DNA from: Rhynchopus sp. YZ270_cl-10
Lineage: Eukaryota
DNA length: 64,000 bases
Reading direction: 5' to 3'
Assembly: GCA_964035575.1 (NCBI GenBank)
Contig: OZ037834.1
Coordinates: 744,001-808,000 of the forward strand
This document shows positions 45,603 through 54,510 of this stretch, one piece after another; position 1 is the stretch's first letter; the number at the start of each line of letters is the position of its first letter. Under the pieces are notes generated by a model. That model was not told the origin of the DNA. It searched no databases and saw only the letters and a program-made list of their open reading frames with translations. The position numbers were made by a program, and so were the translations under genes.

Positions 45603-45977
45603 TTCTTCTTCCCCCCTCATACGACATTAACCGCTCGAAAAATGGTCGATCCACACCCGGTCATACCCCAAGGTACACTGTTACGAGAGGACTATAGCAC
45701 CATATTATTAGCAAACGTTATTTTTTCCGCGCTTCTGGCGTTCCGGAAAACCCTGTCAAGGATATGACAATATAGGCCCCCCCTCCGGAACAGCTCCAGA
45801 AGAAAGGAACCTTGACCTCGTACGTCCACTACTAGGTGTATATGATGCCGAGACAATGTGCTCCCACTGTCCTTCGTTGTCTGCCTCGGAAAGCAGGAGC
45901 ATGCCAGGAGTAATTTGGACTGTCGGACTCTTCTTTACTTCTTCGAAAATTATGCAAGACAAAACCACTGTCCAGCG

Positions 45978-46280
45978 GGATCAATAAGGGACTGCCGGGG
46001 GGTCGTACGTACTCATGGCAGAGGTGAAATTCTTAGATCGTGGGAAAGACGAGAACTTCTGCGAAAGAGCATTTGACAAAAAGAATGTCTTCATTAATCA
46101 AGAACGAGAGTGTGGGGATCGAAGATGATCAGATACCGTCGTAGTCCACGACTGTAAACGATGCCGTCTCAGGATCGAAGGGCGCTCTATTATGGCCCCT
46201 ACGGCACTACCCTTGAAACGAGAAATCAAAGATTATGGGTTCAGGGGGGAGTACATTCGCAAGGCTGAAACTTAAAGGAA
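45978..46280 (+). pseudogene. Degenerate 18S (SSU) rRNA fragment, central domain
   Basis: Universal eukaryotic SSU motifs GAGGTGAAATTCTTAGA, CATTAATCAAGAACG, GATCAGATACCGTCGTAGTC, GCAAGGCTGAAACTTAAAGGAA. Small indels in conserved stretches. Truncated, and may extend ~100 bp further upstream. Confidence 0.88.
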
Positions 46281-47031
46281 GGACGCTCTATTATGGCCCC
46301 TAGGGCGAGGGGTAGTGGGGTGGAAAACTGTTAGGTTGGGGTGGTTCTCACTACCCCACAACACACATTTTTTTTTTTTTTTGGAACCAAAAACCGAACA
46401 TTTGATACGGAACCTGACTCTCTCTCTCTATTTTGTTCATTTTATACGTCATGTGTCATTGGGAAGGCAAAACTGCATGTGGTGTTGTGACAGGCTCCAG
46501 AAAGCTCTGCAGGAGAAATTTGACACCTGTGGAAGAAGTATTTTTCGTTCCTGCAGGATGATGGATGGTCTTGTGGATACCAGTGTGTGTACACCCTCAC
46601 ACAGCTCTTCCCTCATGATATCCATTGGCCTTACTCTGTATCTCCTACTCGCCCCCTTCCCTGCAAAAATAGCAACTCTCATTGAAAAACTGGCAACACT
46701 TTTTACTGGCAAGTGTTGTCTATAACCAAAAAATTTTTTTCATACATCATGACCACAATATCCTCGTCGCGTTTCTTGGTACTCACCTATATACGCAAAC
46801 CCCCATGACATCTGTAATCCAAGGGAAGCAGAAGAAACGCAAACCCAGAGCGCCTCCCTAACGTTCCACTCTCGCAACCATCCTTGGCGACCTTTACATT
46901 TTGACAACAACCCTGATGTGTGCAGCAGAGGGGACAGTCAAAACGGAAACAACTTAAAATTCAAACACCACCCCACACAGATTTGGACCATATCCCCTCA
47001 CAAAGGGATTTATCCAAAAAAAACATAAAAA

Positions 47032-48318
47032 ATGTCAGTTCTCATAGTACCTATGCATCGCCGCAGTATAGGGAGGGCAGTTAGGCAATACCGGCAAATT
47101 CGCTTCAAACCATATGAAGTCAGGTATCCTGCATTTTTGACGTCTCAAAAGTCTCAGGAGTCTAGAAGGAGGGATGTAACCAAAGTTCGTGGTATGCACT
47201 CTGACGCCCGCCAAAAATCGTATCACGAAGGGAACAATAGTATCGCGAATTTACATGGTGCTGACCGACCGATGTCTCCCATCAAAGCGAAGGGCAGATC
47301 CACACAGTACTATGACCTCCGGAGGCGGGTTGGGCTTGCGAAAACTGGGGAGGAGGTGTTGGACGTTGTGTTCTTCGAGAGGGGTGTAGAAGACTCTATG
47401 GTACGCGACCCACCTACGCTTGCAGCTGCAGCCAAGCGTCTCGGAGAGCTCCATGCCCTGGACACGCTGTTGTCGTTTCTTTCTCTTCTTCGGTCCTCTC
47501 CGCTTGCAGTGCCTCCAATGAACGCTACCTTGGTCGCCTCGATTCTCACAGCATTAACCCGCTGCATTTCCGGAGACAACCCGACCAGGAGAGACCAGGT
47601 ATTTCACGAAGCGGTGCTCTGGTGGAATCTGTTGATCGATAAAACGGCTCCGGCCTATGGGGCAGCCCTATCCCTTTGCGCGAGAGTGTTGAAACGGGGG
47701 GAGATCCCTGCTGGGGTGGCGAAAATCGCGCTGGATTGGGCGAAAGGATTATACAGGGAAATAGAGTCAGAAGCAAATGTCATTCATTTAAGCTGTTTTC
47801 TCCGGGTTCTTGCGAGTCAAGGGGAGTGGGAGAAGGTAACACAGTTATGGGGTGATGTGAACGGACCTACCCCAAATGCAGCGTGTCTAGCAGGATTGTT
47901 GGTCGAGGCGGAGTCCTTGGAGAGGGTGGAGGGGTTGTGGCGTGATCATAGTGAGGCCGTGGCGGTGCCTGCTGCACCTACATTGTATAGCCTGGCAATG
48001 CAGAGATTCCTGCATTTTGGCAGCCCCGAGGGCGTACTGCGTGTAGAGGAGGCGAGGTGCGCGGCAGGGGCGTCCGACTTCGTGGTGGATCGATTCGGCA
48101 ATGTGCGTACCCTGCTTGCGTTGTGGCATTACCGTGTGAACGCGCATCTCCTGCTTGCGGAGGAGGAGGATCGTTCCGCAGAGGAGCGTCTCATGCACCG
48201 CGCAGAGGCAGTGCGGCATGCGGCAGAGGCGTTGGAGGTGCACGTCTGTCATAGCACACCGGAGAAGCATTTGACCTTCTTCAGACAGGTCGTTGCAGAG
48301 CATGGGGGGATTCGGTAG
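47032..48318 (+). CDS. PPR-like helical-repeat protein (428 aa), possibly mitochondrial
   Basis: Arg-rich, acid-poor N-terminus. Degenerate PPR-like units (APAYGAALSLCAR, ANVIHLSCFLRVLASQGEWEKVTQLW, PTLYSLAMQRFLHFGSPE). Confidence 0.6.
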   Translation: MSVLIVPMHRRSIGRAVRQYRQIRFKPYEVRYPAFLTSQKSQESRRRDVTKVRGMHSDARQKSYHEGNNSIANLHGADRPMSPIKAKGRSTQYYDLRRRVGLAKTGEEVLDVVFFERGVEDSMVRDPPTLAAAAKRLGELHALDTLLSFLSLLRSSPLAVPPMNATLVASILTALTRCISGDNPTRRDQVFHEAVLWWNLLIDKTAPAYGAALSLCARVLKRGEIPAGVAKIALDWAKGLYREIESEANVIHLSCFLRVLASQGEWEKVTQLWGDVNGPTPNAACLAGLLVEAESLERVEGLWRDHSEAVAVPAAPTLYSLAMQRFLHFGSPEGVLRVEEARCAAGASDFVVDRFGNVRTLLALWHYRVNAHLLLAEEEDRSAEERLMHRAEAVRHAAEALEVHVCHSTPEKHLTFFRQVVAEHGGIR

Positions 48319-49577
48319 TACGAAATGAAGTTCTTCTGGACTGTGGGATCGTGAGGGTGGCAGAACCCCGAAGTGCAAGACTGAGCCCCCATGGAGAGGC
48401 TCCTTCACGTAGCACCCGGGGGAGTTGTATGTGTGTGTGTGTGTGCGCAAGGGGGTGCGGTACATCTGCTTTCATATTGCGTGTTGTGCACAGCTCTGCG
48501 ATGGTGTGGCAGTCTGTGTACACTGCCAAACGACGCTGTCCAGAGGTGGCAACATCAAACAGCTCCAAAACAACGAAGCCTACAGCCACGGAGATTCACT
48601 GTACCAGACCCCAAGCCGAAAAAACGCATCTGTATTCATGTCCACATACTTTGGGGGTTGCGTCTGGCTCCTTGCTGTGTGTAGAATATTTTGATGCTTC
48701 TCAAGGCTCAATGTGCGGCAATGGTGCGTCGTGGTTTGAGTGGATCGATTCGGTAAAGGTGCGTACCCTCTCTCGTACTGCGGTGCCAACTACCCAAAGG
48801 TTCAGTAAACCCCATATTGCGAGCATTTGATGTTGAGCTTTGTTCTTGAAAAAGTTTTGGGTTGGGTGGCAGAGTTGAGGGTTATGGTCATCTTATAAAA
48901 AAAACTGCTTTGTTCTTTGAAGGCGTGTGTGTGGTCCACGAGAGGCTCAGGTCATGAATCTCTTTAACTTAGTGTAGAATTAGCGAAATATGCCTCAAAT
49001 GTGTGTTGTGTTGTGTTTGAAGGCAGCTTCGTAAAATACAACGTTATACGTTATAGTTACACAGAAACTGGTTTTTTTTTTGTGCGTCTTTGATGGTTGG
49101 GAGGTACACTGTACTGTTCACGAGAGGGCTTTGTATTTCAGGTCAATTTTGATGCTTTGTACACAACTGGCGCACAACGTTCTCCCCACTAACCTCTCCT
49201 TCTTCTTCCCTCTCGCTTACGAAACACAAAAAAAAGGCCGCAAAAAGACCAGCGCTACGTTGTAGACAGTCGAGGCTTTTGCTTTGTTGTGTTAATCACG
49301 TAGAAATATACCTAACGATGTCCCAGATCTGCAAAACGTTTTCTCTCTCTCTTCCCTGCAATTTAATTCCCCACTCTACATTCTTCAACCGAGACCTTAC
49401 ATCAGGATTCGCGTCCCTGTGTTTTGCAATGATTCCCTATTCACCTGGCTGATGAGTGATGCATAACGAATATGATAAGGTGACTAGCACGACAGGCTTA
49501 GGATCATCTTATAAACTTTTCTTTAATTCCATACTCCACACCTCCACACCTTCCCCCCCCCAAAAAAAAAACAACAA

Positions 49578-50278
49578 TGGGGTGGCGACAAGGGGGGTCG
49601 GAACTGGGCAGTCACGAAAAATCACGAAAAATCACAAAGAATCATTTTTCTTCTTTGTGATTCTTTGCGACAGGTCGTGATTTTTTGTGATTTTTTTGCG
49701 ATTTTTTTGCGATTTTTTGCGATTTTTTGTGATCTTTTGTGATTTTTTGTGATCGGCATATTTTGAGATGAGCTTTTTTTTGTCCCACTCTGGTACTGTA
49801 CTGTGTACTGTACTGTGTATACTGTGTATACTGCGGAAATTGACCAAAAACGAGAACTTGTCCATTTCGGCAAATTGACCCCACCACTGGCCGGACGGAT
49901 TCCGGAAATGCAAATGCCGGCGTTTAAAAATTTCACCAATGAAAACAAAACAAAAATTTCCAACAACAAACAACACATGAATGCCCCCCAAAACGGCATG
50001 ACATCTGGTAGAAACACGGTAGGGAATCGGTTATGCAGCCACGCCGAAAAAGTTCAATTTTAAGCGAAACTTACACATACTTACGCAGAACTGAGAACAA
50101 CTGAGCACAATTCCACCTCAATTACAGCACAATTGCAGCAGCCCAAAACGGTACACTTTTGTGATTTTTTGTGATTTTTCGTGATTTTTTGTGAATTTTT
50201 GTGATTTTTTGTGATCGAGATAATTTGAAAATATTTTTTGTGAATATTTTTTTCCACACCCCCCCTGTAGCCACCCCA
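49578..50278. mobile_element. TIR element with internal ATCAC/GTGATTTTT arrays
   Basis: TGGGGTGGCGACAAGGGGG ... CCCCCCTGTAGCCACCCCA, flanked by AACAA on both sides (TSD length ambiguous). Confidence 0.65.
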
Positions 50279-50319
50279 AACAATCTTTTATACAGAATGG
50301 GGTTGGGCTGTTGGGCACA

Positions 50320-53300
50320 ATGAAGCTGTTTTTTGTTCTATTTTTTTGCTTGATTTGGTGCGACGCGAAAGAGGCTCAGGACGAGGAAGATCCCACACAC
50401 ACACGCAACAGATGGACACCACGCGCCGCATGGCACGGCCTCAGCCGCACACTTGATGCAATCATCGCTCGGCGCGGCCGCTCTGGGGAGTACAGTGGCG
50501 CGCAGAAGGAGACCCTTCTCGAAGACGCTGAGAAAATTGTACGCGACTTATTGATTGCTGAACGGAGCCTTCGTTACGACCCGGCTGCACCATCCACACC
50601 AAAGGAAAACCCACAGGACACACTAAAAGGCATTCAAAAAAGCCTGAACAATGCGCTACAACAACTCAAAGGGTTCGGGTTGGAGCCAAAGGGAGGGTCC
50701 CCTTCTGATGATGGGATATTCGATGCACTGTCTGGCCTGCTAAAAAATGGGGGCAAAATGGAGTTTAAAATGGATTTTGAGGAAGGTGCGGAAGGGGAAT
50801 TACAACAGAAGCTTTTAGGCAGTCTTGGAAAGCTGGGGGGATTGGTAGGGATGTTAGGTGAGTCGTCTGATCCTTCAGAGACAATAATAAATACAGAAAA
50901 CTACCCAAAAGATGGCTGGGAGGAGGCCCCAAACCTACCAGCAGACCAGCTTCCATCCGACGACGATTTGGATGAAGAAGACGATCTCTCTGAAGCTAAC
51001 ACTGATGAGGATGAAGACGGATATTTCTCCGATCCATTTAAACGAGAGTCTAATAAAGCGAATAAGCAAAAATGGAGAGCGGCAGAAAAGGAAGAAGACA
51101 AAAAGGCGGCGGAAGAAGCAAAACGGAAGAAAACCGAGCAAAAAAAGAAGGATACAAAACCGGCGCCACCAGGGGATTATGATTACAACGCGCCCGATGA
51201 AGAGAGCTTTGTGAACTATGAGAAGGGGCGCGATCTGAAGCTTTCCGCGCATTTTAACAAACAAAAAAGCGACAAAAAGCTTCGCCGCGGGATGAGTCAT
51301 TTATACTACGGAAAAGACAGCATTTCCTTCGCATGGGGGGTACCATGGTCACTTGCCAACAACCCTACTAAGAAACGACGATGGGATTACATGGAAGACC
51401 GCCTTCTATATGTCGAAGACTTCCCACATCTCAGACGAATGTTCGAAGGCCACGCCACCTCCTTCTTCGACCCAGAGAGTGATACCAAAGACGATAAAGT
51501 ACGAAAAGCGCGAAAAGCGGTAAAACAGCTCGTCGCTGACGTCAAATCCAAGCGGAAGCTACCTACTCTGGAGGACGAGGAGGAGGAGGAGGAGGAGGGC
51601 GAGAACGCCCCTATACATACAGAAACCAAAGAAACGCTGTTTGTCCGTCTTTCTCTCCCATTCGGCGCGTTCTTCGAGGGGCACCGCTATTTTGTAGCAA
51701 ATAGCAGTACAAAAAATCGCTCAGAAAATCTTTCCAATCCATCATGCAATGATGAACCCCCTTCCGATGACACCCCACCTACCTGTTCTGGACCGCCTTT
51801 GGAATCTCCTGTTGAGGAGGAGGAGGGGGAGGGGGAAAATGCCTCATTTTCCCCTGAACACCCCAAATTTCATTATGTAGGTCGAATTAGTGGAGAAAAA
51901 TACAGCTATACCGGAGAATGTGCTGGTGTGGTCGAAGGAGGGGGGTCTGCAAGGAAGGCTGGTGGGGATTCTCAAAAGGCGCCTTTGGGGAGAACTTCGC
52001 AGTATTTTGCCGATCTTGGTGTTCAGGAGGATTTTGCGACCAATAATGCACCTTATGTCAGCCCTGAAGGGAATGGTATTGTTACTACCACACATGTAAC
52101 GTACTCTGGTTCATTTCATCGTGGGGTACCTCATGGGTTTGGGACTTTAACGATAAATGCGGATTCACCAAACGGTTGCACCTACAATGGTGCCTTTCAA
52201 AGAGGATTCCTTCATGGAGAAGGTAGGCTGGACTGTGGAGTGGGTAACACCTTTTCAGGGAGTTTCGCATGGGATCGCTTTGGGAATGGTGTTCTAAAAA
52301 GCGGGGCCTGCTCTGTAAAAGGAGATTTTATGAGAGAGAGATATGCAGTCGCGCAGTGTCGAACCTCAGATGGGGTAATCCCGCTTCAAACCAAGATTTT
52401 AAAAGGACCGCATTTTGAGGGTTATGTTACTCCAAGGTTTTCGTTGCAGCATGCGGCACCGATGCTACAATTTGATGGGAAGGTGAGTAAGGCGGCGATA
52501 GAAGCTTCAGAACGACCGAAAGGGGTTTGTACCATAACCTATAGTAGACTGCGCTATGAAGGGGAATGTAATGGAGATAATGCAACGGGGGCAGGGTACG
52601 TGGAGGTTTTTTCTGAAGTGAAAGGGAAAAAGGAAGCGGTGATCTCGCTTTCCGCGACGTTTCGATCCATGGGGTTGGTCCCGGGGCCGACCGTAGGGGT
52701 GGTCTTTCATTGCAGTTTCTCGGGCACCACAACGCGCACCCTGCAGCTGAACCCACTCACCTCACTGCTGCCAAACACAGATCTCATTTCTTCAAAACCG
52801 TTTCGCGCCTGGCATGCTAGGGGTACCCTCTCATGTTCTAAAAACCTTCCGTTTGTGGAGTACGAAGGCACATTAAAAGGGGGGCGCCCAAATGGGAAAG
52901 GAAGCATGACAAGGCTGTGGGATAAAAGCGAGGATTTGGCAGGGATTTTGGAGGTGATTGAGCATGCTGTGGTAGAGTGTGGTGGGGTGGGGAGGATGGA
53001 TGAGGTGTACGACGTGGTGTTGTTCGGAGAGTTCGCAGATGGGAAGCCGCATGGCTTGGTCGCAGTCGCAGCGCGTGGTGCTGATGGGAAGCCTGCGTTA
53101 TCAGGAATGGTTATTAGGGTTACCTTCTTGCACGGTCTCGCCTCTGGTGCTGGTGTGGTGACCGCAGAGTCAGGTGCCGCTCGATGGCGTGCAACCTTCG
53201 TCTCAGGCCGCCCCTCCGAGGAAGCGCCGCTCAACGATTTGGAATCTCCAGCCCCCGTGGAAATATTTTTTTGGTATCTCGGACGGATGTGCGACTTTGT

Positions 53301-53418
53301 GCTCTTCAGCTATTTGGTGGATGAAGAAAGGGAGGTCAGCATTCTTGCAGTGTTGATGGTCGTCACGGCGCTCACAGCATACCTCACAATGTACATCCGA
53401 GCTAGGGGGATGGTGTAA
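50320..53418 (+). CDS. MORN-repeat protein with signal peptide and C-terminal TM helix (1032 aa)
   Basis: Signal peptide MKLFFVLFFCLIWCDA. MORN-like YSGSFHRGVPHGFGTL, YNGAFQRGFLHGEGRL, YEGTLKGGRPNGKGSM, FGEFADGKPHG. TM segment ILAVLMVVTALTAYLTMYI followed by RARG. Confidence 0.8.
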   Translation: MKLFFVLFFCLIWCDAKEAQDEEDPTHTRNRWTPRAAWHGLSRTLDAIIARRGRSGEYSGAQKETLLEDAEKIVRDLLIAERSLRYDPAAPSTPKENPQDTLKGIQKSLNNALQQLKGFGLEPKGGSPSDDGIFDALSGLLKNGGKMEFKMDFEEGAEGELQQKLLGSLGKLGGLVGMLGESSDPSETIINTENYPKDGWEEAPNLPADQLPSDDDLDEEDDLSEANTDEDEDGYFSDPFKRESNKANKQKWRAAEKEEDKKAAEEAKRKKTEQKKKDTKPAPPGDYDYNAPDEESFVNYEKGRDLKLSAHFNKQKSDKKLRRGMSHLYYGKDSISFAWGVPWSLANNPTKKRRWDYMEDRLLYVEDFPHLRRMFEGHATSFFDPESDTKDDKVRKARKAVKQLVADVKSKRKLPTLEDEEEEEEEGENAPIHTETKETLFVRLSLPFGAFFEGHRYFVANSSTKNRSENLSNPSCNDEPPSDDTPPTCSGPPLESPVEEEEGEGENASFSPEHPKFHYVGRISGEKYSYTGECAGVVEGGGSARKAGGDSQKAPLGRTSQYFADLGVQEDFATNNAPYVSPEGNGIVTTTHVTYSGSFHRGVPHGFGTLTINADSPNGCTYNGAFQRGFLHGEGRLDCGVGNTFSGSFAWDRFGNGVLKSGACSVKGDFMRERYAVAQCRTSDGVIPLQTKILKGPHFEGYVTPRFSLQHAAPMLQFDGKVSKAAIEASERPKGVCTITYSRLRYEGECNGDNATGAGYVEVFSEVKGKKEAVISLSATFRSMGLVPGPTVGVVFHCSFSGTTTRTLQLNPLTSLLPNTDLISSKPFRAWHARGTLSCSKNLPFVEYEGTLKGGRPNGKGSMTRLWDKSEDLAGILEVIEHAVVECGGVGRMDEVYDVVLFGEFADGKPHGLVAVAARGADGKPALSGMVIRVTFLHGLASGAGVVTAESGAARWRATFVSGRPSEEAPLNDLESPAPVEIFFWYLGRMCDFVLFSYLVDEEREVSILAVLMVVTALTAYLTMYIRARGMV

Positions 53419-53621
53419 AATTGGGAGAGGGAGGGGATGGGAGGGTGTTTTGTTTCACTTTTGATGACCAAAAATGATAATAGGTATCCACAGTAAATGA
53501 TCCCCCATTACTCCTATTTATTTCCTTCCTTCCCGTTTTTTTTCTCATCACTGGGTTCGTCCCATTCCTGCATGGTTCCTACCACACTTTTTCACACAGA
53601 GGTTCTCTTTGGGAAACATAG

Positions 53622-54077
53622 ATGAGCCTCAAATGTCGCAGTGTTTACCGCCACTGGGGTAAGATCCACACGAGGTGGCAAGACCAGGACACCTTCGGGC
53701 ATGTGAACAACGTAGAGTACTACAGCTACGTGGACAGCACGGTGTGCGCCTTCCTGCGAGGCGGCGACGTCTTGCGTGCTGCGACCATGAGCCCCGGGGC
53801 ACCCCGCCCCTTCGTGGTCGAGTCTGCGTGCAAATACCTGCAGCCCGTGGGGTTTCCCGCCACACTCGATGTGGGCATTCTGGTCACCTCCTGCGGGCGC
53901 AGCAGCTGTACCTACAAGGCAGGGCTGTTCAAGGAAGGGGAAAGTGACCCTGCAGCTATCGCCACCTTTGTGCACGTCTGGACCGACGCTGAGACACAAC
54001 GTCCTACACAAATACCAGAAGCAGTACGCACTGCCTACGAAGGGCTGATTCATGAAGGCAGTTTGGAGGGTATCTGA
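53622..54077 (+). CDS. Hotdog-fold acyl-CoA thioesterase (4HBT/YbgC family, 151 aa)
   Basis: RWQDQDTFGHVNNVEYYSYVD matches the D-x-x-G-H-V-N-N-x-x-Y signature. Also FVVESACKYLQPVGFP, GRSSCTY, FVHVW. Confidence 0.9.
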   Translation: MSLKCRSVYRHWGKIHTRWQDQDTFGHVNNVEYYSYVDSTVCAFLRGGDVLRAATMSPGAPRPFVVESACKYLQPVGFPATLDVGILVTSCGRSSCTYKAGLFKEGESDPAAIATFVHVWTDAETQRPTQIPEAVRTAYEGLIHEGSLEGI

Positions 54078-54098
54078 TTCCTCTCTCTTCCTTTTAAA

Positions 54099-54137
54099 GG
54101 TGACTAAGCACGAGAGGCTTAGGGTCATCTTATAAAC
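54099..54137 (+). repeat. ~40-bp hairpin repeat GGTGACTAAGCACGAGAGGCTTAGGNTCATCTTATAAA (representative copy)
   Basis: Copies at ~3175 (split), 3457, 7861, 22015, 49479, 54099, 61506, 62647 (truncated) and 62714. Confidence 0.85.
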
Positions 54138-54510
54138 CTTTTCTTTTTTTATATTGAACACCTGCGTTGAATGCTGGCACATATACTATCTCGGTGTGGT
54201 GATGTTGCAGAGCATTGGATGAGTGAACGACGAACTACGTGACACTTTCCGCAAAAAAAAAAAAAGTGTGCATAAAACAAACAAACAAAAACAACATCTC
54301 TTCCTTTCCTTGAAGGTATTATTTCCTCTCCCTCTCCACTCTTAGAATCTAGAAATCGAACGTACTCCCCTCCCTCCCTCTTCCTCTCTCTTTCTCTCCT
54401 CTTCTTCAACAAAGTCCCAACCCCCTTCCTCTCTCTCCCTCCCTCCCCCCAAAGAACCCTCTCAGGAAAAAAACACCCCCCTCCAGCGCCCCTTTTTTTG
54501 TTATTTCATA

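Noticed and set aside
45978..46280. Functional rRNA locus
   Set aside because: Only ~300 bp, with indels in invariant motifs and no 5.8S or LSU sequence nearby.
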